From Nitrospirota bacterium (GTDB taxonomy: Bacteria > Nitrospirota > UBA9217): a DNA stretch of 64,000 nt. The notes under the pieces are model-generated. The model was not told where the DNA came from, searched no databases, and saw only the letters and a program-made list of their open reading frames with translations. Where the stretch lies: contig CAWFSF010000006.1 of the NCBI GenBank assembly GCA_963818475.1, positions 352,001 through 416,000 of the forward strand. The letters are read 5' to 3'. Shown here piece after piece: positions 20,634-32,151 of this stretch; the first letter of the stretch is position 1, and every line of letters begins with the position of its first letter. The translations under genes were made by a program, and so were the position numbers.

Positions 20634-22018
20634 TTAAGGAGCAGTAGTTCTCTCTATTGCAGCGTAAACGATCTCCACCATGCGCTTCAGGTATTTTGTT
20701 GACATCGTGAGCGGCGGCATGAGCACGATGACGTTGCCCAGCGGCCGGATGATGAGCCCCCGTTTTCTGCATTCCAGAACGACCCGGATCCCGGCCTTGT
20801 CTTCGAGGGGGTAGGGTCGTTTCGTCTTCTTGTCCCTGACCAGTTCAATGCCGACCATAAAGCCTTTTTGCCGGACATCTCCCACATGTTGAAGTTCCCT
20901 TAATGCCAGCAGTTGTTGTGACAGGAACGCGATCTTGGGCTGGAGTCTCGATAAAGTGCTTTCCGAATGGAACAGGTCGATATTGGCGATCGCGGCAGCG
21001 CAGGCCAGCGGATTGCCAGTATAGGTGTGGCCGTGAAAGAATGTTCTTAGATCACGGTATTCTCCCAAAAAGCCCTCGGTATATCCTGTTCGTCGTGAGC
21101 GTTGCCGCCAGCGGCAGATACCCCCCGGTAATGCCTTTGGCAACGCAGAGGATATCGGGAGCGACGTCCTCGTGCTCGCAGGAGAACATCTTCCCGGTCC
21201 TGCCGAAGCCGGTCGCGACCTCATCGGCGATCAGCAGAATATTGTGCTTTGTGCAGAGTTGCCTGATCTTTTTCAGATATCCCGGAGGCTGCATGAGCAT
21301 GCCTGCCGCGCCCTGGACCAGCGGCTCGATGATGAGTGCCGCTGTTTCATGGCAATATTTCCTGATCACCCGGCCAGCCTGTTCCGCGCAGAACAACCCG
21401 CAGTCCGGGTAGGCCTTGCCGAAGGCGCAGCGGTAACAGTGCGGGGTCGGGATCTTGCGGGTCTTGAACAGCAGCGGCCGGTAGATCTCATGGAAGAGGT
21501 CGATGCCGCCGACGCTCACGGAGCCGATGGTGTCGCCGTGATACGATTCGGCAAGGGAAATGAAACCGGTCTTCCGGCGATAGACGGGTTTTTGCTGCTG
21601 CCAGAATTGGAATGCTATCTTCAGCGCGATCTCGACGGCCGTGGACCCGCTGTCGGAATAGAATACTTTTGCCAATCCCCGGGGGGCGATCGACACCAGT
21701 TTCTCAGCCCAGCAGGACCGCCGGCACGTTGGACAGGCCGAGCAGGGTGGAGTGGGCGATCTTCTTCAGCTGGGAAGCGACGGCTGCGTCGATCTCCTTC
21801 TTCCGATGGCCGTGGACCGTGACCCAGAGCGATGAGACCCCGTCAAGGTACTGCCTGCCCCGGATGTCGGTGAGAACGCAGCCCTTGCCGCTTTCGACGA
21901 TGAGCTGCGAACCTTTTTCCCATTCCTGCATCTGGGTGAAGGGGTGCCAGAGGTACTGTTTATCCAGCTTTTCGATGTGGCGGGCGGAGCTTTTTCTTTC
22001 GGCAGGTGTTTTGATCAC
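20634..22018 (-). CDS. bioA: Adenosylmethionine-8-amino-7-oxononanoate aminotransferase; two +1 frameshifts
   Basis: [52 protein letters not shown] and [12 protein letters not shown] across three frames. Confidence 0.9.
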
Positions 22019-22259
22019 CGACTGTTCTCCTTCGTGTCCGTGCTGAGGAATCCCGCAGCAAGAGTTTTCGATTACGTCGAACTGCGCCGGGAACCGGGGA
22101 TTTTCTGCAGAGCTTTGCAGCCTGCTATAGGCTGCTTATTATATTTCAACAACCCTGTTTGTCAATCATAAAAAGTGCTTGAAAAGCCTGGCTTATTTCT
22201 GGTACAATACGTTTTGCTGACTGTGATCCCTTGAGTTCATCCGGAGGATGTGCATCATT

Positions 22260-23756
22260 ATGATAAGCAAAAAGAGATGGTATGTTGCCGCTTTTTTGTT
22301 GCTCGTTATCGGGATTCTCGTCGGCCTTATCCTTGCATCGCGTTTTGGCATCATGACACAGCTCACTGCCAAAAGTCAGGTGTCGTCCAGATCTGTCGAC
22401 ACGCTGACACAGTTGAGTGAGGCGCTGTCGGAAGTGGCTGCGGTATCGACCCCTTCGGTCGTTAATATCTCAACAACGCGGGTCATTAATTCACGGGATG
22501 AGGCGCCCTTCGATTTTTTTGACGATCCCTTTTTCAGGCGGTTCTTCGGCGACCAGTTTCCGCACCCGGATGTCCCGAAGGAACGCAAGGAGCAGAGCCT
22601 CGGGTCCGGGGTCATCGTTTCAGAGGACGGGTACATCGTTACAAACAATCATGTGATCGAAAAGGCGCAGGAGATCAAGGTCCTGCTGGGCGATAAACGG
22701 GATTTCAAGGCAAAGCTTATCGGGGCAGATCCGAAGACCGACATTGCGGTCATCAAGATCGATGCAAGAGGGCTGCCCGCGCTTCCCTGGGGGGATGCAA
22801 ACAAGCTGAAGGTCGGCGAGATCGTGTTCGCCATCGGGAATCCTTTCGGCCTGAACCAGACGGTGACCATGGGCGTGATCAGCGCCGTGGGACGGGCCAA
22901 TGTCGGTATTGCCGACTACGAAGATTTTATCCAGACAGACGCAGCCATCAACCCCGGGAATTCCGGGGGAGCGCTGCTCAATGCCCGGGGCGAACTGGTC
23001 GGCGTCAATACCGCGATCATCTCGCGGACGGGGGGCTACCAGGGGATCGGTTTTGCGGTGCCGAGCAGCATGGCCCGTCAGGTCATGGACAGCCTGGTCA
23101 AATACAAAAAAGTCGTCCGGGGCTGGCTCGGAGTGAGCATTCAGGAGGTGACATCCGATCTTGCCGAGGAGTTCGGCGTCAGGAACCTCAGGGGAGCACT
23201 GGTCAGCCGTGTCATGAAGGGAAGTCCTGCAGACAAGGCTGGCATCAAACAGGGCGACGTTATTCTCCAGTACAACGGCAAAGACATAGAGGACACGGGA
23301 CATCTGAGGAATATGGTATCCCAGACCCCCATCGGCTCGAAAGTGAAGATCAGGCTGCTCCGGCAGAAAAAGGAAGTCGAGGTCGAGGTCGCGGTGTCCG
23401 AGCTGCCCAAGAATCTGGCAGACGCGCCGTTACCGCCGGACGAGGAACCGGGGAGTCGTCAGGAAAGCAGTGCCCTTGCCGGCCTGGTCGTACGGGAACT
23501 GACGCCTGAGCTCGCCGGCCATTTCGGGCTCGACGAGAGCGAGAAGGGGGTCGTGATCGTCAAGATCGATCCGGACAGCAAGGCCTACGAGGCCGGCATC
23601 CGGCCCGGCGACATTATTCTCCAGATCAACCAGAAGAACACCCCGACTTTGGAAGCATATAAAAAAGCTGCAGGCGCGATCCGGTCCAAAGACAGGATCC
23701 TGCTGCTGGTCCGGCGGAAAGGCGAGGACCTGTTCGTTACGCTGAGGCCGGAATAA
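22260..23756 (+). CDS. Do/DegQ family periplasmic serine endoprotease with two PDZ domains
   Basis: SLGSGVI, TNNHV and TDAAINPGNSGG. Confidence 0.93.
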   Translation: MISKKRWYVAAFLLLVIGILVGLILASRFGIMTQLTAKSQVSSRSVDTLTQLSEALSEVAAVSTPSVVNISTTRVINSRDEAPFDFFDDPFFRRFFGDQFPHPDVPKERKEQSLGSGVIVSEDGYIVTNNHVIEKAQEIKVLLGDKRDFKAKLIGADPKTDIAVIKIDARGLPALPWGDANKLKVGEIVFAIGNPFGLNQTVTMGVISAVGRANVGIADYEDFIQTDAAINPGNSGGALLNARGELVGVNTAIISRTGGYQGIGFAVPSSMARQVMDSLVKYKKVVRGWLGVSIQEVTSDLAEEFGVRNLRGALVSRVMKGSPADKAGIKQGDVILQYNGKDIEDTGHLRNMVSQTPIGSKVKIRLLRQKKEVEVEVAVSELPKNLADAPLPPDEEPGSRQESSALAGLVVRELTPELAGHFGLDESEKGVVIVKIDPDSKAYEAGIRPGDIILQINQKNTPTLEAYKKAAGAIRSKDRILLLVRRKGEDLFVTLRPE

Positions 23757-23844
23757 CGCATCATTTCGTGCGGCCTGCTCCGTCCCCGAACGGCCGTACC
23801 CTTTCCTCGTTGTTCGATCTTACATAAAAGGAGGTGAAACAATC

Positions 23845-24850
23845 ATGGGACTTATCCTTATTCGAATGCTGTTTATGGGCGTCGGCACACTGCTTGGCTA
23901 CTATGTCACGACGACGCAGCTGGAAGGCCAGGTCAGCAAATCGGAGGGGATGGCGATAGGATTCGGGGTTGCCGTACTCATCATTCTTACGGAATTTCTT
24001 GTTCAGACGGGTTTCATTGAAGGTCATTGTCGGAGGGATCCTCGGCTTCATCCTGGGGCTGACCTCTGCGAACATTATCGCCGCCCCCCTCAAGCTGGTC
24101 CCGCTCGAACGGAGCATCGTCAATTTCATTCTGCTGCTGATGAACGGTTTTTTCGGGTACCTCGGCATCACCATCGGCGTCAGGGAGGGTGAACGGTTCA
24201 ATCCCTCGAACATCAAGAAGCTTTTTAAGAGCGGGGCGGACGAGAACATCAAGATCATGGACACCAGCGTGATCATCGACGGCCGGATCGCCGACGTTTG
24301 CGAGACGGAGTTTCTCGATGGCACCATCATTATTCCGCAGTTCATCCTGCACGAACTCCAGCATATTGCGGATTCGTCGGACTCGCTGAAGCGCGCCCGC
24401 GGCCGTCGAGGTCTCGATATCCTGCACCGGATCCAGAAAATGAGCCACATGGAAGTCCGGATCGTTGAAGATGATTTCCCGAAGATCCGGGAAGTGGACA
24501 GTAAACTTATCGCCCTGGCCAAGAAGCTCAGTGCTAAGGTGATCACCAACGATTTCAACCTGAACAAGGTTGCGGAGCTTCAGGGCGTCAAGGTGCTGAA
24601 CATCAATGACCTGTCCAATGCAGTCAAGCCGGTGGCGCTGCCGGGTGAGAGCATGCGCGTCTTTGTGCTGAAAGAAGGCAAGGAGCCGGGCCAGGGAGTC
24701 GCCTACCTTGATGACGGTACAATGATCGTCGTCGAGAACGGCCGGAAGTATATCAATAAAAATGTGGAAGTGGCTGTCACGAGCGTGCTCCAGACCGCGG
24801 CTGGCAGGATGATCTTTACCAAGCTCAAGGAAGATGTGGAGCATGAATAA
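23845..24850 (+). CDS. PIN/TRAM domain membrane protein (YacL-like); one +1 frameshift near 23996
   Basis: DTSVIIDGRI, RARGRRGLDIL, TNDFNLNKVA and YLDDGTMIVVE. Confidence 0.88.
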
Positions 24851-25017
24851 GGGGGAACGGCAAACACGAAACACGAAATACCAAGTATCAAATAACAAAT
24901 AAGCACCAATAACCAAAGCATCAAGTCTCAAACGTTTTGGTAATTGGAGCTTTGAAATTGGTTCCTATTTGGGATTTGTATATTGAGATTTGGAATTTGT
25001 ATTTTGAGGGAGGGTTC

Positions 25018-25761
25018 ATGTCAGGTCATTCAAAGTGGGCAACAACGAAGCATAAAAAAGCTGCTACTGATGCAAAACGAGGAAAGATCTTCACGAAGAT
25101 CGGCAAAGAGATCACCGTTGCTGCCAGACTGGGCGGCGGCGACCCCGACGGCAACCCGCGTCTCAGGACCGCGGTCGCCAAAGCGAAATCGGTCAGTCTG
25201 CCTGCCGAGAACATCAAGCGGGCGATCCAGAAGGGTACGGGCGAACTGCCGGGGGTATCGTACGAGGAAATAACCTACGAGGGATACGGACCGGGCGGCG
25301 TTGCGGTCATTACCGAGGCCCTGACGGACAACCGGAACAGGACCGTTTCCGAGATCCGGAATATTTTCAGCAAGGCCGGCGGCAATATGGGCGAAGCGGG
25401 CTGCGTTTCCTGGATGTTCCACAAAAAAGGATATCTGGTCGTTAGCAACACCAAAGCCAACGAGGACCAGCTGATGACGCTGGCACTGGATGCCGGTGCC
25501 GAGGACATGCAGGTTGAGGACGAAAACTTCGTCATCACTACGGCGCTCAGCGACTTCGAAAAAGTGAAGAAGGCGCTGGAGGATGCGGCCGTGCCGCTGG
25601 ACCTCGCGGAGGTCACCATGATCCCGCAGACCTATGTAAAGCTCGACGGTAAAGAGGCGCAGCAGATGCTGCGGCTGGTTGATACGCTCGAGGATAATGA
25701 TGATGTCCAGAACGTGTACGCGAACTTCGATATTCCTGACGAGATCCTGAATGCTGAGTAG
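25018..25761 (+). CDS. yebC: YebC/PmpR family protein
   Basis: [22 protein letters not shown] and [10 protein letters not shown]. Confidence 0.94.
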   Translation: MSGHSKWATTKHKKAATDAKRGKIFTKIGKEITVAARLGGGDPDGNPRLRTAVAKAKSVSLPAENIKRAIQKGTGELPGVSYEEITYEGYGPGGVAVITEALTDNRNRTVSEIRNIFSKAGGNMGEAGCVSWMFHKKGYLVVSNTKANEDQLMTLALDAGAEDMQVEDENFVITTALSDFEKVKKALEDAAVPLDLAEVTMIPQTYVKLDGKEAQQMLRLVDTLEDNDDVQNVYANFDIPDEILNAE

Positions 25762-25845
25762 GGCCGGCCGATTTACGGCAGCAGGACCCGCGCTCTTGTG
25801 CCGGGCGGTTCCGCTGCCCGGTTTCAGACGCAGGGGGGAGAGGGC

Positions 25846-26409
25846 ATGAGGGTTCTGGGGATCGATCCGGGGACATTGACGAGCGGCTACGGGATCGTTG
25901 CCGAAGAGGACCATCGGCTGTTCCATGTAGCGTCGGGAGGCATCAGCCCCTCGGCAAAGCAGCCGCTCCCGAAGCGGCTCGTAAAGATATATGAAGAGAT
26001 CGAGAAGATCATCGAAAAGTACCGTCCGAATTGCGTGGTGGTGGAGGACCTCTTTGTTTCCAAGAACATGCAGTCGGCGCTCAAGCTCGGCCATGCCCGT
26101 GGCGTGGCCATCCTTGCGGCAATGAACGCGGGGTTGCCGGTCTTCGAGTATGCTCCGACGGAGGTCAAACAGGCCGTTGTCGGCACCGGGAAAGCTGAAA
26201 AAAAACAGGTGCAGCTAATGGTGAAAACACTGCTGAGCCTGCCGAAGGTCCCGCATCCGGTTGATGCTGCCGACGCCCTGGCTGCCGCTATCTGTCATAT
26301 TCATTCCTCGCGGCTCAGGGAAATACTCAAGAATCCTGCATCTCTCCGGCACGGCGGCAGGAGTGTCGGTCCGCGGGGCGCAATCGTTCGCAAGCCCCAG
26401 GCAGACTGA
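25846..26409 (+). CDS. ruvC: Holliday junction resolvase
   Basis: LGIDPG, LGHARGV and DAADALAAAICH. Confidence 0.95.
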   Translation: MRVLGIDPGTLTSGYGIVAEEDHRLFHVASGGISPSAKQPLPKRLVKIYEEIEKIIEKYRPNCVVVEDLFVSKNMQSALKLGHARGVAILAAMNAGLPVFEYAPTEVKQAVVGTGKAEKKQVQLMVKTLLSLPKVPHPVDAADALAAAICHIHSSRLREILKNPASLRHGGRSVGPRGAIVRKPQAD

Positions 26410-26410
26410 G

Positions 26411-27010
26411 ATGATCGCGTCGCTCTCCGGCAGGCTTACGCGCAAAGCCGCCGATTATGTCATCATCGACGTTGCCGGCGTCGGGTATCAGGTTTTCGTA
26501 CCGCTCTCCACGTATTACCGCATGCCGGACGAGGGTGCTGCGGCGAGCCTTCATATTCATACTCATCTGCGTGAGGACATGCTTGCCCTCTACGGATTCT
26601 CGGAGCAGGCGGAGAAGGACCTTTTCCTGATCCTGCTGGGGGTATCCGGCATCGGCCCCAAACTTGCGCTCACGATCCTTTCCAGCTTGTCCGCCGAAGA
26701 GATCGCTGTTGCCATTCAGTCTTCGGACGACCAAAAGCTCAATGCCATACCCGGTATCGGCAAGAAGACCGCTGCCCGATTGATCCTCGAGCTGAAGGAC
26801 AAGGTCAAGCATCTGGTGACCGCCTCAGCAGCGGCCGGACATCAGCAGCAGGCCGACATTGATGTGGATGACGCCGTGTCGGCGCTGATGAACCTGGGGT
26901 ATAAACGAAACCTTGCGGAGGATGCGGTGCAGATGGTCTTGCGCAGTCACCCGGGCCTTTCCGTGGAGAACCTCATCCGCGAAGGGCTGCAAGCGTTACG
27001 GAGGAGATAA
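26411..27010 (+). CDS. ruvA: Holliday junction branch migration protein
   Basis: GVGYQV, LYGF, GVSGIGPKLA and PGIGKKTAARLILELK. Confidence 0.95.
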   Translation: MIASLSGRLTRKAADYVIIDVAGVGYQVFVPLSTYYRMPDEGAAASLHIHTHLREDMLALYGFSEQAEKDLFLILLGVSGIGPKLALTILSSLSAEEIAVAIQSSDDQKLNAIPGIGKKTAARLILELKDKVKHLVTASAAAGHQQQADIDVDDAVSALMNLGYKRNLAEDAVQMVLRSHPGLSVENLIREGLQALRRR

Positions 27011-27090
27011 GGCAGGTCAAGGGCCGTCGCACGGTGCGAAAACTCCGGCCACGAACCATTTCCCATGCCACTGAAAATTTGAGGTAACCA

Positions 27091-28107
27091 GTGACGAAAC
27101 GAATCGTAGAGCCTGCGCAGGATGAAGGTGATTTCCAGCTCGACCGGAGCCTGCGGCCCGTCCGTTTCAGCGATTTTGTAGGGCAGGACCGGATCAAGGA
27201 GAATTTGCAGGTTTTCATCGACGCGGCCAGGGGCAGGGGCGAAGCGCTGGACCATGTGCTGTTTTGCGGCCCGCCAGGGCTGGGAAAGACCACACTGGCG
27301 AACATCATCGCAAGGGAACTCGGGGTGAACATAAAGTCCACGTCCGGCCCGGTGCTTGAACGCGCCGGCGATCTGGCGGCCATCCTGACCAATCTGCAGC
27401 AAGGCGATGTTCTCTTTATCGATGAGATCCACCGCCTCAACCGTGTTGTTGAAGAGGTGCTGTATCCGGCCATGGAGGACTTTCAGCTCGATATTATCAT
27501 CGGTCAGGGTCCCGGCGCCCGCTCCATAAAGCTCGACCTGCCCTATTTTACGCTCGTGGGCGCCACAACCCGTACCGGCCTGCTCACCTCCCCGCTTCGT
27601 GACCGCTTCGGTGTGATCGACCGGCTGAGCTTCTACTCGCCTGACGAACTGCGGACGGTCGTAGAACGCTCGGCAGCGCTGCTGCAGGTAACGATCGAGC
27701 AGGAGGCTGCCGCGGTCATCGCCGGCAGATCGCGCGGGACCCCCCGGATAGCGAATCGGTTGCTGCGGCGGGTGCGGGACTTTGCGCAGGTGCAGGGCGA
27801 CGGCAGCGTGACCGTGACGGTGGTGAAGAACGCCATGCAGCGGCTTGAGGTCGACGAACGGGGTTTTGACGAAATGGACCGCCGGCTGCTGCTTGCGATC
27901 ATCGATAAGTTCGACGGCGGCCCCGTCGGGCTCGAGACGCTTGCAGCGGCGTTGAATGAGGAAAAGGATACGCTTGAAGATGTCTACGAACCGTTCCTGA
28001 TCCAGGAGGGGTTTCTCGACCGGACCCCCCGCGGCAGGCAGGCGACGAGACTGGCATATGAGTATTTCGGCAAGAAGCGGTCCCCTTCGCAGGAACGGCT
28101 GCTGTAG
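27091..28107 (+). CDS. ruvB: Holliday junction helicase
   Basis: [19 protein letters not shown] and [18 protein letters not shown]. Confidence 0.97.
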   Translation: MTKRIVEPAQDEGDFQLDRSLRPVRFSDFVGQDRIKENLQVFIDAARGRGEALDHVLFCGPPGLGKTTLANIIARELGVNIKSTSGPVLERAGDLAAILTNLQQGDVLFIDEIHRLNRVVEEVLYPAMEDFQLDIIIGQGPGARSIKLDLPYFTLVGATTRTGLLTSPLRDRFGVIDRLSFYSPDELRTVVERSAALLQVTIEQEAAAVIAGRSRGTPRIANRLLRRVRDFAQVQGDGSVTVTVVKNAMQRLEVDERGFDEMDRRLLLAIIDKFDGGPVGLETLAAALNEEKDTLEDVYEPFLIQEGFLDRTPRGRQATRLAYEYFGKKRSPSQERLL

Positions 28108-28194
28108 GCCGCGTCATGGCTGTCAGTGACTGCTCTTCAAGCGCCTGTTCGACGGGCAGGAAAACCATCATAGTGGACCAGCAGGAGCAATAAA

Positions 28195-28599
28195 ATGATC
28201 GGCCAGCATACCAGGACAGTTGTGCTTGCGCTCATTGTCATCCTGCTTGCCGGTATGGCCTACGAGCGGAACAGTGTGTGGCATACGCTTTTGACCCTCT
28301 GGCAGGATGCGGCGGCCAAATCCCCCGGGAAGTCGCGTGTGCATAATAACCTGGGGAACTGCTACATTCTTGCAGGCAAGCCTTTTAAGGGGATCGAAGC
28401 ATACCAGCGTGCCGTGGCCCTGGACAGCAATAACCTCGAGGCGTACTACAACCTCGGCGTCAACTATGAAAATGTGGGCATCATGAATCGGGCGCTCTAT
28501 TATTACGACCGGTTCTGCAAGACCGCACCGTCCTCGTACCGCGAGCAGCAGGAGCATGCCTGTAAACGCGTTGCTGAACTGACCCGCAGCGCGAGGTGA
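28195..28599 (+). CDS. Membrane-anchored TPR protein resembling the C-terminal tail of TMTC-type proteins
   Basis: One TM helix followed by RNSVW..LWQDAAAKSPGKSRVHNNLG and TPRs. Confidence 0.75.
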   Translation: MIGQHTRTVVLALIVILLAGMAYERNSVWHTLLTLWQDAAAKSPGKSRVHNNLGNCYILAGKPFKGIEAYQRAVALDSNNLEAYYNLGVNYENVGIMNRALYYYDRFCKTAPSSYREQQEHACKRVAELTRSAR

Positions 28600-28632
28600 A
28601 TAAGATCAAAGGTCCCGTATCAGGAGTCCGAC

Positions 28633-29175
28633 ATGAAGATTTTTTTTCATATATGCTGCGCTCCCTGCGCACTCTACCCCTATTACCGCATGAAGGAGGA
28701 AGGGCTCGAGCCTGTCGGATATTTTTATAATCCGAACATCCACCCCTACCTTGAATACAAAAAACGGCTTGATACGGTAAAGGAATTCGCCGGCCGGGCC
28801 GGGCTCGATGTGATCTATCGGGATGGCTATGACCTTGACGAATTTCTCGTCCGGGTTTCCGGCCGGGGACCGGGGCGCTGCGAGCAGTGTTACCGCATGA
28901 GGCTCGGTGCCGCCGGCACAGCCGCACGGGAACGAGGGTTCCCGGCAATGACCACATCGCTTCTGTACAGCAAATATCAGAAACATGACCTGATCACCGG
29001 CATCGGGAAGGAAATGGCGGCTGAGCACGGGATCGAGTTCTATTACGAGGACTTCCGGCGCGGTTGGCGGGAGGGTATTGTGGAATCAAAGGCCATGGGA
29101 CTCTACCGACAGCAGTACTGCGGGTGCATTTACAGCGAGCTGGACCGCTACCGAAAATCAGGGGTGAACGAATAG
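28633..29175 (+). CDS. queH: Epoxyqueuosine reductase QueH (DUF208)
   Basis: HICCAPC, FYNPNIHP, RCEQCYRMRL and YRQQYCGC. Confidence 0.9.
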   Translation: MKIFFHICCAPCALYPYYRMKEEGLEPVGYFYNPNIHPYLEYKKRLDTVKEFAGRAGLDVIYRDGYDLDEFLVRVSGRGPGRCEQCYRMRLGAAGTAARERGFPAMTTSLLYSKYQKHDLITGIGKEMAAEHGIEFYYEDFRRGWREGIVESKAMGLYRQQYCGCIYSELDRYRKSGVNE

Positions 29176-29200
29176 GGACGGGTTTTAAACCCGCCCCTGC
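29173..29200. repeat. GTAG-type REP-like palindrome (second copy at 40054-40082)
   Basis: tagggacgggttttaaacccgcccct resembles gtagaggcgggtttaaaacccgaccct. Confidence 0.55.
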
Positions 29201-29251
29201 CTACTTGCCCTGAAAACAAACGTATTGCTCTGCATACCACACGACGCCAGC

Positions 29252-30352
29252 ATGTTTAAAAAATATTTATTCCTATCCATCGTCATTGCTTCTGTCCTGT
29301 CCCTGATGCCGGCGGGAGCGCTCTGCACGGAGAATATCCGCGTGGCCATAGCCGACAACCAGCGGAAGATAGCACTCACGTCCCCCTCCGGATTGGTGGT
29401 GGAGGGGCGAGCCTCTTTGCAGGGTGAACGGGCGATGACCGTGAGTGCGGCGTCGGTCGGTTCCCGGCCGATGCGCGTGCGGTCTGCAGGCGAGTTCATC
29501 CGGGTGAACGGGAAGAACTACCGGGGTTGGGTGGAGCTGAGAAAAAAAAAGAACGGCCTTCTCCTGGCGATCAATGAATTGGATATTGAGCTCTATCTGC
29601 TTGGAGTGGTTGCATCCGAGATCCCTTATGACTGGCATCGCGAGACGCTGAAGGCCCAGGCCGTGGCTTCGCGGACCTATGCGCTGTACCAAAAGCGGAT
29701 GGCAAAAGGTAAACTCTATCACGTGCTTGCCACGGAGAACAGCCAGATGTATAACGGCAGGATCGGCGAGCGGCCGACCACTTCCCAGGCAGTGCGGGAG
29801 ACGGCGGGCCAGGTCCTGGTGTACGGCGGGGAGCTGATCCCCGCTTTTTACCATTCAAGCTGCGGCGGACATACGGAAGACGCTTCAAAGCTGTGGGCTG
29901 TCAGGGAACCCTACCTCCAGGGCGTCGACTGCGAATGCCAGGATATATCAAAATACGGCCAGTGGGAGCGGCAGTTCAGTGTTGACGCAATCGCCCATGC
30001 GCTTCGCAAGCGCGGCTACCCTGTGCTGCAAATCACCTCTGCGACCCTGGGCGCGATCACGCCTGCCGGCAGGGTGAGGGACGTGGTCATCGGGCATACC
30101 CGCGGCGCCACCGTGGTCCCCGCCGAGACGCTTCGTGCCGCTGTCGGAAATGCCGTGATCCCCAGTGTGTTCTTCGAGCTGGAACTGTCGCAGTCGGGGC
30201 GGGAGCTGGTGTTCTCCGGCAGGGGGATGGGGCATGGTGTGGGATTGTGCCAGTGGGGCGCCGAGGAAATGGCTCGGCGTAATTTCGGTTACCAGGCGAT
30301 CCTCGGCCACTACTACCCCGGGACAGGGATCGCCGCGAGGGAGGAACTGTGA
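29252..30352 (+). CDS. SpoIID/LytB domain lytic transglycosylase
   Basis: YLLGVVASE, LKAQAVASRTYA, YHSSCGGHTE and GHGVGLCQWGA. Confidence 0.9.
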   Translation: MFKKYLFLSIVIASVLSLMPAGALCTENIRVAIADNQRKIALTSPSGLVVEGRASLQGERAMTVSAASVGSRPMRVRSAGEFIRVNGKNYRGWVELRKKKNGLLLAINELDIELYLLGVVASEIPYDWHRETLKAQAVASRTYALYQKRMAKGKLYHVLATENSQMYNGRIGERPTTSQAVRETAGQVLVYGGELIPAFYHSSCGGHTEDASKLWAVREPYLQGVDCECQDISKYGQWERQFSVDAIAHALRKRGYPVLQITSATLGAITPAGRVRDVVIGHTRGATVVPAETLRAAVGNAVIPSVFFELELSQSGRELVFSGRGMGHGVGLCQWGAEEMARRNFGYQAILGHYYPGTGIAAREEL

Positions 30353-30412
30353 TCGCCGCCTGCGGCATGACGGCCGCGACGTCATCTCAGCGGCGCCAAT
30401 GCGTTATTTCTC

Positions 30413-31150
30413 ATGATGAAAACTGCGCTCAAGAATAGTCTCGCGACGCTGGTGATCGTTGCCGTCATCATTGGCTACGCTGCGGCCGCCTACCTGCGGA
30501 ACAGCATTTACTTGACTCCGGTAACGCTCTGGGGAGCGACGGCTGCCGTGGCATGGCATAAACAGCGTCCCCACGAGAATTATGGCCAAGCGCTCTCGGC
30601 CGCAGGTTTCTATAAGGAGGCGCTGCGGGAGTTCAGGATCGTGCAGTCTATGCCGGAAGACGGCAGCGTCCCGGTGCGCGACCTGTACCGCGAAATCGGC
30701 GTGGTCTACTTCAGATTGGACATGATCGATGAAGCCGTCGTTGCCTGGAAAAAGGGGTTGGTTTACGCTGACTATGATCCGAGCCTCATGAATAATCTGG
30801 CTCTGGCATTTTTGAAAAAGGGTCAGTATGCCGAGGCTGAAGCATATGCAAAACAGGGATTGATCCTGGACGCTGCCATGCCCACACTGCTGAACACCTT
30901 GGGAGAAGTGGCCATGCAGAATCAAGACTATGGGCGGGCCGTGGATTACTTCCTCAAGGTCATGGAGATAAATCCCGATGATTCCTCGGGTGCATGGAAT
31001 GCCTCCCTTGCCTATGCACAGGACGGGCAATACGAAAAAGCACTGCAATTTGTGAACCGGTACCTTGCCCGGGAATCGGCGCAGCAGAACCCGCAGCAGG
31101 CGCTTGAGCTGCTGAATTACCTTAATGAAAAAAAGCGGGACAGCCAATGA
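30413..31150 (+). CDS. Membrane-anchored TPR protein (TMTC-tail-like paralog 2)
   Basis: TM helix, RNSIY..TLW....WHKQRPHENYG and TPRs. Confidence 0.75.
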   Translation: MMKTALKNSLATLVIVAVIIGYAAAAYLRNSIYLTPVTLWGATAAVAWHKQRPHENYGQALSAAGFYKEALREFRIVQSMPEDGSVPVRDLYREIGVVYFRLDMIDEAVVAWKKGLVYADYDPSLMNNLALAFLKKGQYAEAEAYAKQGLILDAAMPTLLNTLGEVAMQNQDYGRAVDYFLKVMEINPDDSSGAWNASLAYAQDGQYEKALQFVNRYLARESAQQNPQQALELLNYLNEKKRDSQ

Positions 31151-31214
31151 TGGTATCTGCAGAGCGCTGTTCCCCCTCTTTGGTGTTGTTCCTGTGCTGC
31201 AGCGAGATCGGTCA

Positions 31215-31940
31215 ATGAAGATGCGTTCCCACCCCCTGTCCGCCACGCTTGCGTTGTTCATCCTGCTCTGTTGTCTGCCCGTATCCATCGCCAGAAACAG
31301 CCTTTACCGGACGCCGCCCAGGCTTTGGGCTGCAACGGCAGCGGCCTCGCCGCATAAACAGCGGCCTCACCTGAACTTCGGTCACGCGCTCGAGGCGGCC
31401 GGGTTCCATGAGCAGGCGCTGCAGGAGTTCCGAACCGTTCTCTCGATCCCCAGGGACAATAGCATTGAAATGCAGAACGTATACCGGGAGATGGGCAATA
31501 TTTATTTGGCGGCCGGACGATATGACGAGGCGACTGCAGCGTACCGGGTCGGCTTGCGCTACGTGCCGTCAGACCCGACGATCCTGAATAACCTGGCGAT
31601 CGTATTGCTGAAACAAAAACGATTTGAGGAAGCGGCTGAACAGGCTGAAGCGGCAGTTGCCGCGGACCCATCGATGTTTAACGCTTTGAACACCCTGGGC
31701 CAGATCTACGTGTCCCAGGGCGCCATTGACAAGGGGATCCCCTTTTTGAAGGCAGCGATCGAAAAGGCGCCGGAATATGCTTCACCCTATATGAACCTGG
31801 CGCTTGCTTTTGAACGGAAGGGCGACTACGAAACAGCCTATCGGTACGCGAGCGCCTACGCAAAGGCTGATACGAGCCCTGCCGGCCGCAAGAGGGCTGC
31901 ACCGCTGCTGGATCGATTGCAAAATAAAACGCAAAAATAA
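31215..31940 (+). CDS. Membrane-anchored TPR protein (TMTC-tail-like paralog 3)
   Basis: TM helix, RNSLY..RLW....SPHKQRPHLNFG and TPRs. Confidence 0.75.
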   Translation: MKMRSHPLSATLALFILLCCLPVSIARNSLYRTPPRLWAATAAASPHKQRPHLNFGHALEAAGFHEQALQEFRTVLSIPRDNSIEMQNVYREMGNIYLAAGRYDEATAAYRVGLRYVPSDPTILNNLAIVLLKQKRFEEAAEQAEAAVAADPSMFNALNTLGQIYVSQGAIDKGIPFLKAAIEKAPEYASPYMNLALAFERKGDYETAYRYASAYAKADTSPAGRKRAAPLLDRLQNKTQK

Positions 31941-32092
31941 GCTTTGATGTGTTCGTAGAAAGTCCTTTAAGCCGTCTTTGCGAGCAAAGCGAAGCAATCT
32001 CGCAGTTTGTAACCGCCTAAAAAAACGAGATTGCCGCGTCGCTCCGCTCCTCGCAATGACGGCAGAGGAGACTTCTTACGAGACCATCAAGC
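31941..32092. mobile_element. Nested non-autonomous palindromic element (MITE/REP-like)
   Basis: Outer IR ttgatgtgttcgtagaaagtc / gacttcttacgagaccatcaa. Inner IR gtctttgcgag..gcaatctc / gagattgc..ctcgcaatgac. Confidence 0.65.
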
Positions 32093-32151
32093 TTCCTTGT
32101 CGTGTTGACTGCCTTGTTCCCATGCATTTGCCGCAGAGGATATCATCGAGT